A stretch of DNA of 64,000 nucleotides from an uncultured Gemmatimonadales bacterium (lineage in GTDB: Bacteria > Gemmatimonadota > Gemmatimonadetes > Gemmatimonadales > JACORV01), in assembly GCA_963812035.1 (NCBI GenBank), contig CAWETG010000001.1, forward strand, positions 915,594 through 979,593, given 5' to 3'. A model generated the notes under the pieces. That model was given only the letters and a program-made list of their open reading frames with translations. It was not told the DNA's origin and made no database searches. How positions within the stretch are numbered: the first letter of the stretch is position 1; each line of letters opens with the position of its first letter. A program made the position numbers and the translations under genes. Shown in pieces: positions 1 through 10,201 of the stretch.

Positions 1-885
1 CTGCCCCAGGAGCCACGCCAGCGTCGCCGCCCCCGAGGGCTCGACCACCAGCTTCAGTCGATCCAGCGCGTAGCGCACCGCCTGCACGATCTGGGCGTCC
101 GAGACGAGACAGGCCTGCGCGCCGCAGCGCGCCAGGTGCGCGAAGGTCAGCGCCCCGATCCGCAGGGGCAGCAGCCCGTCCGCGACGCTGCCGGTTCGTT
201 CGAGCGTGACCGGCTCGCCGGCGGCCCTCGCCCGCTCGTACGTCGGCGCGCCCTCGGGCTCGACCGTGACCACCCTGGCCTCCGGCTGAAGCGCCTTGAC
301 GGCGGTTGCCACTCCGGCCGCCAACCCGCCTCCACCGACGGGAACGGCGACCGTGCGCACGTCGGGACAATCCTCGACCAGCTCGAGTCCCGCCGTTCCC
401 TGCCCGGCGATGATGGCCGGATGATCGAACGGCGGCACGATCGCGAGCCGCTCGCGTTGCGCGATTTCCACGGCGCGGGCGTACCGGTCCTGCGACGTGC
501 GGCCCGCCAGCACCACTTCGCCCCCCAGGCGTTCCACGCCGCGCCGCTTGGGCTCCGCGACGGTCTCGGGCATCACGATCACCGCGCGCAGGCCGAACCG
601 CCTCGCCACATACGCCACGGCCTGACCGTGATTCCCCGACGAGTACGTGATTACGCCCTTCGCCCCGCCCTCCGCCAGTTGGCGGACCAGGGTGAACGCG
701 CCCCGCAGCTTGAAGGCCCCCACGCGCTGCAGGCTCTCGGGCTTCACGAACACCGGCACGCCGAGCCGCTCCGCGAGGTCGTCGGATGGCAGGAGCGGCG
801 TACGTACGGCGACGCCGCGCAAGTGCTGCGCGGCCTCGCGAATCGCTTCGAGAGTGACGAACTCGGCGGGCGATGCGACCGTCAC
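1..885 (-). CDS. PLP-dependent threonine/serine ammonia-lyase (threonine dehydratase family); C-terminus runs off the window
   Basis: Own minus-strand translation from GTG 885-883. Frame stays open to base 1, so there is no stop in the window and it is absent from the ORF track. Sequence: VTVASPAEFVTLEAIREAAQHLRGVAVRTPLLPSDDLAERLGVPVFVKPESLQRVGAFKLRGAF..YSSGNHGQAVAYVA..PVGGGGLAAG. The AFK-LRGA lysine and GGGG loop are PLP-binding signatures of fold-type II dehydratases. Confidence 0.8.
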   Translation of the reverse strand, partial: MTVASPAEFVTLEAIREAAQHLRGVAVRTPLLPSDDLAERLGVPVFVKPESLQRVGAFKLRGAFTLVRQLAEGGAKGVITYSSGNHGQAVAYVARRFGLRAVIVMPETVAEPKRRGVERLGGEVVLAGRTSQDRYARAVEIAQRERLAIVPPFDHPAIIAGQGTAGLELVEDCPDVRTVAVPVGGGGLAAGVATAVKALQPEARVVTVEPEGAPTYERARAAGEPVTLERTGSVADGLLPLRIGALTFAHLARCGAQACLVSDAQIVQAVRYALDRLKLVVEPSGAATLAWLLGQ

Positions 886-960
886 GCGGGCGACGACTCC
901 ATGGAAGGGCGCAAGCTACGGCGCCAATGGGGTAGCGGCAAGGTCACGCGCACCGCGCGC

Positions 961-1131
961 TCAGCGCCTCCGCGCCACCCGGCGCAACAGCCAGTGCGTA
1001 GCCACCAGGTCCACCACCATGATCGCGAACAACACGATCGTGCCGGTCGTCCCGATCACCTGGAAGTAGCGCAGCGCCCCGACCAGCAGGGAGTACGCCA
1101 GCACGCCTCCCAGAACGAGCGGGCGGTTCAC
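961..1131 (-). CDS. small hydrophobic (2-TM-like) protein, 56 aa
   Basis: Tail of track ORF 961..2040. GTG at 1131-1129 overlaps the asd stop (GTGA). Sequence [56 protein letters not shown]. No family recognised. Confidence 0.4.
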   Translation of the reverse strand: MNRPLVLGGVLAYSLLVGALRYFQVIGTTGTIVLFAIMVVDLVATHWLLRRVARRR

Positions 1132-2180
1132 GCGCCGGGGAGCAGCCCTTGCGAGTGCAGGAGCTCGGCGTTGAGGAGCGCGGCGCCCGCCGCGCCGCGA
1201 ATCGTGTTGTGGCCGAGGACGATGAACTTGTAGCCCATCAGCTCGCAGCGCCGCACCCGCCCCACCACGGAGGCCATCCCCCGCTCGAGGTTCACGTCGA
1301 GGCGCGGTTGGGGGCGGTCCTCCTGATCCATCAGGACGGTCGGGTGGGCGGGCGCGCTCGGCAATCCGCGCTCCTGCGGCACGCTGCGATAGGTGCGGAA
1401 CGCCTCGCGCACCGACTCGAGGCCGGGGTCGGATCCGAGAGTGACGAAGACCGCGGCCGTGTGGCCATCCACCACCGGCACGCGCGTGGTCTGCGCGCTC
1501 ACCGTCAGCCGGTGCGGCGCCACCTCCTCGCCCGTCAGCTGGCCGAGGATCTTCTTCGTCTCCCGCTCGATCTTCTCTTCCTCGCCCGCGATGAACGGAA
1601 TCACGTTGCCCAGGATGTCGAGCGACGGGAGGCCCGGATAGCCGGCGCCGGAGATGGCCTGGAGCGTGGTGACCACCACGGCTTTGAGGCCGAACCGCCG
1701 CTCGAGCGGCGCCAGGGCGAGGACCAGCGTCGCGGTCGAGCAGTTGGGGTTGGTGGCGATGAACCCGCGCCAGCCGCGGCGCCGCCGCTGCACTTCGACC
1801 AGCACGGTGTGGTCGGGGTTGACCTCCGGCACGAGCAGCGGGACGTCGTCGGCCATCCGGTGATTGCGCGCGTTGCTCAAGACTGCGTAGCCAGCCGCGG
1901 CAAACGACTCCTCGACGGGGCCCGCGACCGCCGCGTCGAGGGCCGAGAACACCACGTCGCACTTGAGGCCCGGCTCCGCCGGCTGCACCACGAGCGCCCG
2001 TGCCGCCGCGGGCATGGGGATATCGAGCCTCCAGGAACACGCCTCTCCGTAGCTCTTGCCGGCCGAGCGCTCGGACGCCGCGACGGCGACCAGGTCAAAC
2101 CACGGATGGCCTGCCAGGAGCTGGACAAAGCGCTGCCCTACTGCCCCCGTCGCGCCGAGGACCCCAACCGGGATCTTCAC
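1128..2180 (-). CDS. asd: aspartate-semialdehyde dehydrogenase
   Basis: Last 350 aa of track ORF 1128..2663, starting at GTG 2180. [18 protein letters not shown] Rossmann motif, NPNCSTA active-site Cys region, [10 protein letters not shown]. The upstream part of that ORF is an Arg-rich shadow. Confidence 0.95.
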   Translation of the reverse strand: MKIPVGVLGATGAVGQRFVQLLAGHPWFDLVAVAASERSAGKSYGEACSWRLDIPMPAAARALVVQPAEPGLKCDVVFSALDAAVAGPVEESFAAAGYAVLSNARNHRMADDVPLLVPEVNPDHTVLVEVQRRRRGWRGFIATNPNCSTATLVLALAPLERRFGLKAVVVTTLQAISGAGYPGLPSLDILGNVIPFIAGEEEKIERETKKILGQLTGEEVAPHRLTVSAQTTRVPVVDGHTAAVFVTLGSDPGLESVREAFRTYRSVPQERGLPSAPAHPTVLMDQEDRPQPRLDVNLERGMASVVGRVRRCELMGYKFIVLGHNTIRGAAGAALLNAELLHSQGLLPGA

Positions 2181-3007
2181 CGTAAGGCCTCCTCCAGCGC
2201 CGTGGCGGCGGACGTCTTCGCGTCGCGGTACTTCACGATCACCGGCGCGTACAGCGACACGCCCCACGCCGCCGCCCGCTCGCCAGCCGCCGGACGCGAA
2301 CCCGGCACGACCACCGCGCCGGCCGGGATCTCGAGCGGCGCGGCCTCGGAACGCCGGTAGATCTCGCCGCGCACCAGATCGTACACCGGGGTCGAGCCGG
2401 TGAGGATCGTGCCGGCCGCGAGCACCGCCCCGCGGCGCACGATGGCGCCCTCGTACACGCCGCATCCGCCGCCCACCAGCACGTCGTCCTCGACGATCAC
2501 CGGCAGCGCGCCGGCGGGCTCCAGCACGCCGCCGATCTGGGCCGCGGCCGACAGGTGCACCCGCTTGCCGATCTGCGCGCAGGAGCCGACCAGCGCGTGG
2601 CTGTCGATCATGGTCCCCTCGTCTACGTACGCGCCGACGTTGACGTACATCGGCGGCACGCACACCACGCCGGGCGCCACGTACGCGCCGTCACGAATCG
2701 CGGACCCGCCGGGCACGACCCGCACGCCGTCCGCCACCACGAGCGGTTTCACCGGCCAGGTGTCCTTGTCGAAGAAACGCAGCGTCCGTCCCTCCGACAT
2801 CTCGACCAGCGTCCCCATCCGGAACCCGAACAGAATCGCGCGTTTGACCCACGCGTTCACCCGCCACCCGCCCTCCACCGGCTCCGCCGCCCGCACCTCC
2901 CCACGGCCCAGCGCGCCGCGGAACTCCTCGAACAGCGCGCGCTCGGCGGGACCGAGCGTCGCCGGCTCCGTCGCCAGCAGAGCTTCGACGCGCTCACGCA
3001 GCGGCAT
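2177..3007 (-). CDS. dapD: 2,3,4,5-tetrahydropyridine-2,6-dicarboxylate N-succinyltransferase
   Basis: 276 aa. Left-handed beta-helix hexapeptide region ([48 protein letters not shown]). Lies between dapA and asd; stop overlaps the asd start. Confidence 0.9.
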   Translation of the reverse strand: MPLRERVEALLATEPATLGPAERALFEEFRGALGRGEVRAAEPVEGGWRVNAWVKRAILFGFRMGTLVEMSEGRTLRFFDKDTWPVKPLVVADGVRVVPGGSAIRDGAYVAPGVVCVPPMYVNVGAYVDEGTMIDSHALVGSCAQIGKRVHLSAAAQIGGVLEPAGALPVIVEDDVLVGGGCGVYEGAIVRRGAVLAAGTILTGSTPVYDLVRGEIYRRSEAAPLEIPAGAVVVPGSRPAAGERAAAWGVSLYAPVIVKYRDAKTSAATALEEALR

Positions 3008-3917
3008 GCGACCTCGGGGAGAGCAGCGCCAACCCGTTGAGTACTTCGCGCACCCGCGCTCGGCTCGCCTCCTTGACCGGCACCAGCGGCAGCCGGAACT
3101 GCTCCTCGAGGAGGCCCATCATCGCCATCGCCGCCTTTACGGGGCCGGGGCTCGACTCTACGAAGTTCACCTCCATCAGCGGCAACAGGCGGAAGTGCAG
3201 GGCGCGGGCGTCGTCCCACCGGCCAGCCAGCGCCAGGTCGGCCAGCTGTGCCATCAGGTCGGGCACCTCGTTCGACACCACGGACACGATGCCGTCGGCG
3301 CCGAGGGCCATCAGCGGCAGGGTCACGGCATCGTCACCCGAGAGGACGCGGAAGCCCGCCGGCCGGTCGCGCAGGATGGCCATGATCTGCGCCATGTCGC
3401 CGGACGCTTCCTTGATGGCCACGATGTTCGGAACCTCGCGTGCGAGCTTCAAGGTCGTCGCCGCCGCGATATTGGACCCGGTGCGCCCCGGCACGTTGTA
3501 CATCACCACCGGGAGCGGCGCGACCGCCTCGGCCACGGCCCGGAAGTGGGCGAGCAACCCCTCCTGCGTGGGCTTGTTGTAGTACGGCGCGACGATCAGG
3601 ACGCCATCGGCGCCGAGGGCCCTGGCTTCCTTCGCCTGTTCGATGGCGTGCGCGGTATTGTTGCTCCCGGCGCCCGCGATCACACGGGCGCGCCCCTTCG
3701 CCACCGCGACCGTGGCCGCGATGACGCGCTTCCCCTCCTCGTCGCTCATCGTCGCGCGCTCGCCCGTGGTGCCGCACGGCACGAGCAGCTTCACGCCGCC
3801 CGCGATCTGGCGCTCCACCAGGGAGCGCATCCGCGGCTTGTCCACCGCCCCGGTCGCCGTGAAGGGCGTGACCAGGGCCGTCGCGCAGCCCCGCATCCAC
3901 TCCAGCACCATCGTCAT
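2994..3917 (-). CDS. dapA: 4-hydroxy-tetrahydrodipicolinate synthase
   Basis: 307 aa. ALVTPF...GTTGE...YNVPGRTG...IVAIKEAS (Schiff-base Lys in the IKEAS context). ATGA overlap with the dapB stop at 3914-3917. Confidence 0.95.
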   Translation of the reverse strand: MTMVLEWMRGCATALVTPFTATGAVDKPRMRSLVERQIAGGVKLLVPCGTTGERATMSDEEGKRVIAATVAVAKGRARVIAGAGSNNTAHAIEQAKEARALGADGVLIVAPYYNKPTQEGLLAHFRAVAEAVAPLPVVMYNVPGRTGSNIAAATTLKLAREVPNIVAIKEASGDMAQIMAILRDRPAGFRVLSGDDAVTLPLMALGADGIVSVVSNEVPDLMAQLADLALAGRWDDARALHFRLLPLMEVNFVESSPGPVKAAMAMMGLLEEQFRLPLVPVKEASRARVREVLNGLALLSPRSHAAA

Positions 3918-4639
3918 CGTGCCCTCTCGTTCCCCGCGCCGAGGATCTCATCCAGGACCTCGGCGAACTCGAAGACGCCGCTTCGCTTCCCGCCGGCGAT
4001 CCACTGCGCAGCGAGCAGCGCGCCCGCCGCGAAGCCCTCGCGAGACCGGGCGGTGTGTGTCAAGGTGATCTGGTCCGCGGGCCCGTCGAACCCGACGCGG
4101 TGCGTGCCCGGAATGTGGCCCGCCCTGGTGCTGGCGACCGGAATCTCGCGCCCGCCGTACGGGCCGGCCACGATATCGCGGAGCTTCAACGCGGTGCCGG
4201 ACGGTGCGTCCTTCTTGCGGGCGTGGTGCGCCTCCTCCAGGAAGGGCGCGTAGGCCGGATCGCGCGCGTACTGCGCCGCCGCCGCCGCCACGATGCGGTA
4301 GAAGAGGTTGACGCCGATGGAGAAGTTCGCGCCGTAGACCAGCGCGCCCCTGCCGCGTTCCACCACGCCGCGCAGCTCGGCGAACTGGGCCTGCCATCCC
4401 GTGGTGCCCTCAACCAGCGGCACGCCGGCCTGCACGCACGCGGCGACGTGGTCCGGAACGGCCGCGCCGACGGAGAAGTCCACCGCGACGTCGGCCCCTG
4501 CGAGCGCGCGCGCGATCTCCTCCGGCGGACGAGCCGCGTCCTGGTCGGTGAAGATCACGGCGATCTGGTGCCCGCCGTCCTTCGCGCGAGCCTCGACCAG
4601 GCTCCCCATGCCTCCGTGTCCGAAGAGCGCCAGCCTCAT
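3914..4639 (-). CDS. dapB: 4-hydroxy-tetrahydrodipicolinate reductase
   Basis: Last 241 aa of track ORF 3914..6493, from ATG 4639. MRLALFGHGGMGSLV..EGTTGW..EAHHARKKDAPSGTA..THTARSREGFAAGAL. The rest of the 859-aa ORF is off-frame over the upstream gene. Confidence 0.95.
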   Translation of the reverse strand: MRLALFGHGGMGSLVEARAKDGGHQIAVIFTDQDAARPPEEIARALAGADVAVDFSVGAAVPDHVAACVQAGVPLVEGTTGWQAQFAELRGVVERGRGALVYGANFSIGVNLFYRIVAAAAAQYARDPAYAPFLEEAHHARKKDAPSGTALKLRDIVAGPYGGREIPVASTRAGHIPGTHRVGFDGPADQITLTHTARSREGFAAGALLAAQWIAGGKRSGVFEFAEVLDEILGAGNERAR

Positions 4640-6486
4640 TTCTTCCCTCCGCTGTTCTTCGCGCCGCTCTTCTCGAGGAGCGTGCGCCCGAGCCGGACGA
4701 ACGCGTCCACGGCCGCGGACAGCTCCGCCTTGGGCACCTTCTCGTGGTCCGTGTGCGCCTCGAGGATCGAGCCGGGGCCGAAGACGAGGGCCGATCCCCA
4801 CCGCGAAAGGTGGGGCGCGTCGGTGGTGTAGCGCACCACGCAGGTCTCGAAGTCGGGCAACTCCGTGAGGCGCACCGGCTCGGTAACGGTGTGCACCTCG
4901 ATCGAGGCGCGGCCCCGCACCACCTGCTCCAGCTTCCGCCGCACGACCTCCGAGGGCACGGCGACGCGGAAGTGCAGCCCCGCGCGCGCCTCGGCCGGCA
5001 CCACGTTCGCCCGCGTCCCCCCCGCGACCGTCCCGATGTTGCAGGTGGTGACGCCGAAGAACGGATCGGCGGGCCACTCGACCCCGCGGACGTCGGCCAG
5101 CACGTCGAGCAGCGCGAGGATGGCCGAGCTGCCGCGCTCCGGGTAGGCCGAATGCGCCGCGATGCCCGCGGTCGCCAGCGACAGCCGGAGCGAGCCCATG
5201 CACCCCCTGGCGAGACGGTTGTCGGTCGGTTCGCCGACGACCACGTAGCGCACGCTCCCCGCCGCGGCGTGGCCGTTGGCGACCTTGGCGCCGAGGCTCC
5301 CCGCCTCCTCGTCCACCACGTACAGCAGCCCGATCCCCTGGTGCCCCTCCGCCCGCAGCCGTTCGGCGGCCGTGATCTGCGCGGCGACGATGCCCTTCGC
5401 ATCGCACGCGCCGCGGCCGTACAGGAAGTCGGCGTCCTCCGAGGAGGGCACGAACGGGGGGACCGTGTCGAGGTGGGAAGCGAAGACGACGCGCGGCCCC
5501 GTCCCGGTTCGCGCGATCAGGTTCGAGCGGCCGGGCGCCGCCTCCTGCAGCTCCACGCGGTAGCCCCGCCGCTCGAGGTACGACGCCAGGAACGCCGCAA
5601 TCTCCCCCTCGTCGCCGCTCACGGATGGAACGTCCACGAGGGAGCGGGCGAGCGCGAAGACATCCATATCGGCGGTGGTCTGCTTCCCGCTCCGTTTCAC
5701 CGCCTTCTCCTTCGCGGCCACGCGCTTCGCGCCGCGCGCGCCGGCCCAGCAGGTCGGGCCCGCGCCCACCCGCGTGCCACGCAGCGAGCCGACGGCGGCG
5801 ACGTCGAACTCCACGCGTTCGCGCCGCGCGAAGTGCAGCGCCTTCGGCTGGATGACCCTGGAGCCGAGCTTGAGGGCGTCGTCCCACGAGATCACCTCGT
5901 AGCGCCGCGGCTTGCGGCTGCTCTGCGCGGGATCGTGCTCGTACACCCCGTCCACGTTCTTGAGGAGGCGGCACGTCCGGGCGCCCAGGCGATGCGCGAG
6001 GAAGAGCGCCGTCAGGTCCGTGCCGCCCCGGCCGAACAGCGCGTACCCGCCCGACGTGTCGCGCCCGAAGAACCCCGGGACGACGGCCGCGCCCGACTGC
6101 TCGAGCGCGTGGCGCAGCGCTTCGTCGTCCACGGCGACCGGGTCGGCGTCGAGGAGCGGCCCCTTGGTGGTGAGTCCGATGGCGGCCGGCTCGAGGAGCG
6201 CGGCTGCGACGCCGGCCGCGTTCAGGGCCAGGGCGAGCCTCGCCGCCGAGGCCGCCTCGCCCGTCGCGAGCAGCGACGCGGTGGCCGCCGGCTCGGGCGC
6301 AGGACCGAAGTAGCGCGCGTCCGCGAGGAGGCTGTCGGTGGCACCCTTCAGCGCCGAGACCACGGCCAGCACGCGCTCGCCGCGGCGCAGGTGGCGCTTG
6401 ACGTCCGCGACCGCCGCCGCGTAGTCGCGTGCGGTACCGAGCACCGAGCCGCCGAACTTCAGCACCACGAGCGGCTGCTTGGCCAT
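4636..6486 (-). CDS. fusion ORF: ACT-less aspartate kinase (amino-acid kinase domain) + M20 metallopeptidase (succinyl-diaminopimelate desuccinylase/ArgE-like)
   Basis: Track ORF 4636..6540; plausible start MAKQPLVVLKFGGSVLG at ATG 6486 with a GGGAGG RBS. N-terminal ~250 aa is kinase-like (KFGGS, GRGGTDLTA). After a Lys/Arg-rich linker, MDVFALARSLVDVPSVSGDE..HLDTVP..GRGACDAKG..VDEEAGS is M20. No stop separates the two domains; there is an internal ATG at 5667. Confidence 0.85.
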   Translation of the reverse strand: MAKQPLVVLKFGGSVLGTARDYAAAVADVKRHLRRGERVLAVVSALKGATDSLLADARYFGPAPEPAATASLLATGEAASAARLALALNAAGVAAALLEPAAIGLTTKGPLLDADPVAVDDEALRHALEQSGAAVVPGFFGRDTSGGYALFGRGGTDLTALFLAHRLGARTCRLLKNVDGVYEHDPAQSSRKPRRYEVISWDDALKLGSRVIQPKALHFARRERVEFDVAAVGSLRGTRVGAGPTCWAGARGAKRVAAKEKAVKRSGKQTTADMDVFALARSLVDVPSVSGDEGEIAAFLASYLERRGYRVELQEAAPGRSNLIARTGTGPRVVFASHLDTVPPFVPSSEDADFLYGRGACDAKGIVAAQITAAERLRAEGHQGIGLLYVVDEEAGSLGAKVANGHAAAGSVRYVVVGEPTDNRLARGCMGSLRLSLATAGIAAHSAYPERGSSAILALLDVLADVRGVEWPADPFFGVTTCNIGTVAGGTRANVVPAEARAGLHFRVAVPSEVVRRKLEQVVRGRASIEVHTVTEPVRLTELPDFETCVVRYTTDAPHLSRWGSALVFGPGSILEAHTDHEKVPKAELSAAVDAFVRLGRTLLEKSGAKNSGGKK

Positions 6487-6608
6487 CCGCCAACGCCTCC
6501 CGAACCCCGGGGAAAGGAAAACGCCACCGCCCGGCAGCAAGGGCGATGGCGAATCCTATCCCGGAATCGGGTCAGCGCAAAGCGCCGGGTCCCGGCGGCG
6601 CCGCGCCG

Positions 6609-7436
6609 TCAGCGCCGCCGCACCGTCACCGGCCCGTTGGTCGTCACGGCACGGATGGTCGGGCCGCCGCTGCCGAGGTCGGTTTCGATGTCGTGGCCGC
6701 TGAACCGGCCCTGCACCGTGATCGGGAAGTCGATGCTCATCGGCCCGTTCACCGTACCCGTCTCCAGGTGCGCCGAGTAACCGGCCGGGATCGTGAGCAC
6801 GACTGGACCATTGTGGGTCTCGCTGTCGAGCCCGGTTCCATCCCACTTGTCGCCCTCGAGGGTCACGACCAGCGGCCCGTTGACGGTCCGCGCATGGACG
6901 TCGCCGCCCACCGCCTCGAGGTGGACCGGCCCGTTCTCCGCGGTCAGGTCCATTCTCCCGGTCACGCCCTCCACTGAAATCGGGCCGTTGACGGTCCGGG
7001 CTGTCAGGTCGGTGCGGCGCGGGACCGACACGTCGAAGCTGACGCTCCACGACACCCGATGCCTCGTGGCGGGCCCATCGGCGCGGATGGTCCCGCCGGA
7101 GGTCACGATGCGGATCTGCTGCGCCAGAGCGCGCGCGTCCGCGTCGCTTTCGGCCTGGGCCTGGATCTTGGCCGTCACGGCGACGCTGTCCCGGTCCCAC
7201 CCGGTCACGCGGATCGCGCCGTTGCTGCCCGGGTCCACCGTGATGGCGCCGCCGGCTTTGAAGCCGGTGTCCCGTACCTCGCAGTAGTGAGCCCGGGCGT
7301 CGCCGCCCTCGTCGCCGTTCCGGCAACGGTCGAGCCATTCGGCGCTGCGGGCATGCTGGGCCAGCAGGCTGGACGTAGCTGTGCCAAGGAGGAGTACAAC
7401 GGGAGCGATCGCGCGCAGAGTTGTGCGGCACGGCAT
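6609..7436 (-). CDS. secreted repeat protein (DUF4097/putative adhesin-like)
   Basis: 275 aa. N-terminal signal-like AIAPVVLLLGTATSSLLAQ. Repeated 'TVNGP(I/L/M)' beta-strand units. Confidence 0.65.
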   Translation of the reverse strand: MPCRTTLRAIAPVVLLLGTATSSLLAQHARSAEWLDRCRNGDEGGDARAHYCEVRDTGFKAGGAITVDPGSNGAIRVTGWDRDSVAVTAKIQAQAESDADARALAQQIRIVTSGGTIRADGPATRHRVSWSVSFDVSVPRRTDLTARTVNGPISVEGVTGRMDLTAENGPVHLEAVGGDVHARTVNGPLVVTLEGDKWDGTGLDSETHNGPVVLTIPAGYSAHLETGTVNGPMSIDFPITVQGRFSGHDIETDLGSGGPTIRAVTTNGPVTVRRR

Positions 7437-7502
7437 TGGGGTCCCCCGGGTGGATGCAACTACAGGATTGGACAGCCGAGACTGCCCGGGGGTTGGAACG
7501 CC

Positions 7503-7530
7503 GCGCGCCCGGGAGATGTCCCGGGCGCGC
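7503..7530 (-). terminator. GC-rich hairpin downstream of gyrA
   Basis: Perfect 12-bp stem gcgcgcccggga/tcccgggcgcgc with 4-nt loop gatg, 72 nt past the gyrA stop. No clear U-tract. Confidence 0.45.
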
Positions 7531-7562
7531 TGGTTCTGAAGTCTGGAGTCTGACGCCTCGTA

Positions 7563-7589
7563 ACCACTCGCAACTCAGCGTCTCGCAAC
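7563..7589 (+). repeat. 27-nt dispersed repeat copy (accactcgcaactcRgcgtctcgcaac)
   Basis: Matches 38627-38654 with one mismatch and matches the reverse complement of 38538-38565. Intergenic, just 3' of gyrA. Confidence 0.8.
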
Positions 7590-7601
7590 CGCCCTGCACT
7601 C

Positions 7602-10100
7602 TCAGCCCTGCGTGGCTCCTTCTCCCACGGGCTCCACGTCGCCCGTCGGTTCTTCCTCCCCGCCCTCTTCTTCCTTGACCACCCGCGCCACGTCCACCAC
7701 GACGTCGCCGTCGTCGAGGTTGATCACCTTGACGCCCTGGGTGTTGCGCCCGATGACGCTGATGTCGTTGACCGGCAGGCGGATGATTACGCCGTGCCGG
7801 GTGATGACCATCAGCTCGTCGTCCGGGATCACCTCTTTGAGGGCCACGACGTCGCCGGTCTTCTCGGTCCGCTTGAGGGTGATGATTCCCTTGCCGCCGC
7901 GGTGCTGTATCCGGTAGTCGGCCAGCTCCGAACGCTTCCCCAGCCCGTGCTCGGCCACGACGAGCAGGGTCGCCTCGCGCTTGACGATGACCATGCCGAT
8001 CACCGCGTCGCCCTGCTCCAGCTCGATGCCGCGCACGCCGGTGGTGGCGCGGCCCATCTCCCGCACGTCCTTCTCCTGGAACCGGATGCTCATTCCGTGA
8101 CGGGTGGCGAGCGCGATGTCGTTGGTGCCGTCGGTGACCTGCACGTCGATCAGCTCGTCACCCGACTCGATGTTGATGGCGTTGATCCCGGTGGCGCGCA
8201 CGTTCCCGTACGCCGAGAGCACGGTCTTCTTCACCGTGCCGCCGCGGGTGGCGAACATCAGATACCGGTCGTCGGCGAACTCGCGCACCGGCGTGAGGGC
8301 CGCGATCTGCTCGTCCGGCTTGATCGCGATGCAATTCACGATCGGCTTGCCGCGGGCCGCCCGCCCGCCCTGGGGGATGTCGTACACCTTGAGCCAGTAC
8401 ACCTGGCCGTTCAAGGTGAAGAACATCACGTAATCGTGGGTCGACGCGATGAACAGGTGCTCGACCCAGTCGTCTTCCTTGGTGCCCATCCCGTTGAGGC
8501 CGCGCCCGCCGCGCCGCTGGCGCCGGTAGGTCGAGACCGGGATGCGCTTGATGTACCCGGTGTGCGAGATGGTGATGACCATGTCCTCCTCGGCCACCAG
8601 GTCCTCCACCGAGAAGTTGCCCTGGTCCGCCACCACCTCCGTCCGCCGCTCGTCGCCGAAATCCTTGGCCAGCGTTTCCAGCTCGCCCTTGAGGATCGCG
8701 AGGCGCTTGGGCCTGGAGGCCAGGATGCTCTTCAGCTCCGCCACCAGCGCCCGCACCTCCTTGAGCTCCGCCTCCAGCTTCTCGATCTCCAGCCCCGTCA
8801 GCTTGGCGAGCCGCATGTCGAGGATCGCCTTGCTCTGCCGCTCCGACAGCTTGAAGCGCGCGCGCAGCTTCTGGTCCGCTTCCTCGGTGGTCTTGGAGCC
8901 CCGGATGATCTTGATCACGGCGTCGATGTTCTCGACCGCGATCTTGAGGCCCTCCAGGATGTGCTGGCGCTCCTCCGCCTTCTCCAGGTCGAACTTGGTT
9001 CGCCGGGTGATGACCTCGTGACGGTGCTCCACGAAATGCTGGAGCAGCTCCTTCAGGTTCATCACCTTCGGCTCGCCGTCCACCAGCGCCAGCATGATGG
9101 CGCCGAAGGTGGTCTGCATCTGGGTGTGCTTGAACAGGTTGTTCAGGACCACCATCGGCACGGCGTCGCGCTTCAGCTCGATCACCACCCGCATGCCGTC
9201 GCGGTCCGATTCGTCCCGGAGGTCCGAGATGCCCTCGATCCGCTTCTCGCGCACCGACTCCGAGATCTGCTCGAGCAGGCGCGCCTTGTTGACCATGTAG
9301 GGGATTTCGGTCACGACGATCTGCGACCGGCCGCTCGACTCCTTTTCCTCCACCTGGGCCCGCGCGCGCACCACGATGCGGCCACGGCCCTGCTCGTAGC
9401 AGTCGGCGATCCCTTCTCGGCCGTACACGATGCCGCCGGTGGGGAAATCCGGCCCCGAGATGTGCTTGCGCAGCTCCGCCACCGACGCGTCGGGGTGGTC
9501 CACCAGGTGCGTGGCGGCCGCCACCACCTCGCGCAGATTGTGCGGCGGGATGTTGGTCGCCATCCCCACCGCGATCCCCGCCGAGCCGTTGACCAGGAGG
9601 TTGGGGAGTCGAGACGGGAGCACCGTCGGCTCCTTCAGCCGGTCGTCATAGTTGGGGACGAAGTCGACGGTGTTCTTCTCGATGTCCTCGAGCATCGCGA
9701 GCGCGATGCGCGTCAGCCGCGCCTCGGTGTAGCGGTAGGCCGCCGCGGGGTCGCCGTCCACCGAGCCGAAGTTCCCCTGGCCGTCCACCAGCGGGTAGCG
9801 GAGCGAGAAGTCCTGGACCATCCGGACCAGCGAGTCGTACACCGCGACGTCGCCGTGCGGGTGGTACTTGCCCAGCACATCGCCGACCACCGTGGCGCTC
9901 TTCTTGTACGAGCGATTGGGCAACAGGCCCAGCTCGTTCATCGCGTACAGAATGCGCCGATGCACCGGCTTCAGGCCGTCCCGGACGTCGGGAAGAGCAC
10001 GCTGCACGATGACGCTCATCGAGTAGTCGATGAACGACTCGCGCATCTCATCTTCGATCAGTCTGGGGAGGATACGTTCGCGCTGATTTGGAGCGGTCAT
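7602..10100 (-). CDS. gyrA: DNA gyrase subunit A
   Basis: 832 aa. [22 protein letters not shown], active-site [11 protein letters not shown]-terminal beta-pinwheel repeats. Confidence 0.98.
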   Translation of the reverse strand: MTAPNQRERILPRLIEDEMRESFIDYSMSVIVQRALPDVRDGLKPVHRRILYAMNELGLLPNRSYKKSATVVGDVLGKYHPHGDVAVYDSLVRMVQDFSLRYPLVDGQGNFGSVDGDPAAAYRYTEARLTRIALAMLEDIEKNTVDFVPNYDDRLKEPTVLPSRLPNLLVNGSAGIAVGMATNIPPHNLREVVAAATHLVDHPDASVAELRKHISGPDFPTGGIVYGREGIADCYEQGRGRIVVRARAQVEEKESSGRSQIVVTEIPYMVNKARLLEQISESVREKRIEGISDLRDESDRDGMRVVIELKRDAVPMVVLNNLFKHTQMQTTFGAIMLALVDGEPKVMNLKELLQHFVEHRHEVITRRTKFDLEKAEERQHILEGLKIAVENIDAVIKIIRGSKTTEEADQKLRARFKLSERQSKAILDMRLAKLTGLEIEKLEAELKEVRALVAELKSILASRPKRLAILKGELETLAKDFGDERRTEVVADQGNFSVEDLVAEEDMVITISHTGYIKRIPVSTYRRQRRGGRGLNGMGTKEDDWVEHLFIASTHDYVMFFTLNGQVYWLKVYDIPQGGRAARGKPIVNCIAIKPDEQIAALTPVREFADDRYLMFATRGGTVKKTVLSAYGNVRATGINAINIESGDELIDVQVTDGTNDIALATRHGMSIRFQEKDVREMGRATTGVRGIELEQGDAVIGMVIVKREATLLVVAEHGLGKRSELADYRIQHRGGKGIITLKRTEKTGDVVALKEVIPDDELMVITRHGVIIRLPVNDISVIGRNTQGVKVINLDDGDVVVDVARVVKEEEGGEEEPTGDVEPVGEGATQG

Positions 10101-10123
10101 GACCGTTCGGGTAAGGACTGCTA

Positions 10124-10152
10124 AATATAGACGGAATATCGAGTTAAATCAA
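10124..10152 (-). promoter_or_regulatory. candidate sigma70-type promoter of gyrA
   Basis: Minus strand reads TTGATT-17 nt-TATATT in the only AT-rich patch upstream of the gyrA ATG (10100). Confidence 0.45.
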
Positions 10153-10201
10153 TCTTGACCCCCTCCTTCCGGATGGCCGGCCGGCGGCCGGAAATGGCCA
10201 G

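Noticed and set aside
136-1233. Long track ORFs with Arg/Gly/Pro/His-rich translations. Examples: 136..1233, 961..2040 (except its last 56 aa), 2400..4253, 4744..6780, 7794..10124, 12527..14746, 16925..19219, 26750..28744, 36009..38255, 36980..38494, 55370..56932, 59821..61215.
   Set aside because: They lie antisense or off-frame to genes with clear family signatures. Their composition is the usual shadow-ORF pattern of high-GC DNA, and no motif is recognisable.
3914-6493. 859-aa ORF suggesting a giant gene spanning dapB and upstream.
   Set aside because: Only the last 241 aa (from ATG 4639) read as DapB. The upstream 618 aa is low-complexity Arg/Gly sequence overlapping the well-supported aspartokinase-M20 frame.
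6487-6608. Lysine riboswitch (L-box) or attenuator upstream of the aspartokinase fusion gene.
   Set aside because: The leader is only about 120 nt. It shows just a weak hairpin with TTT that fits a terminator for the upstream DUF4097-like gene, and nothing like the multi-helix L-box.
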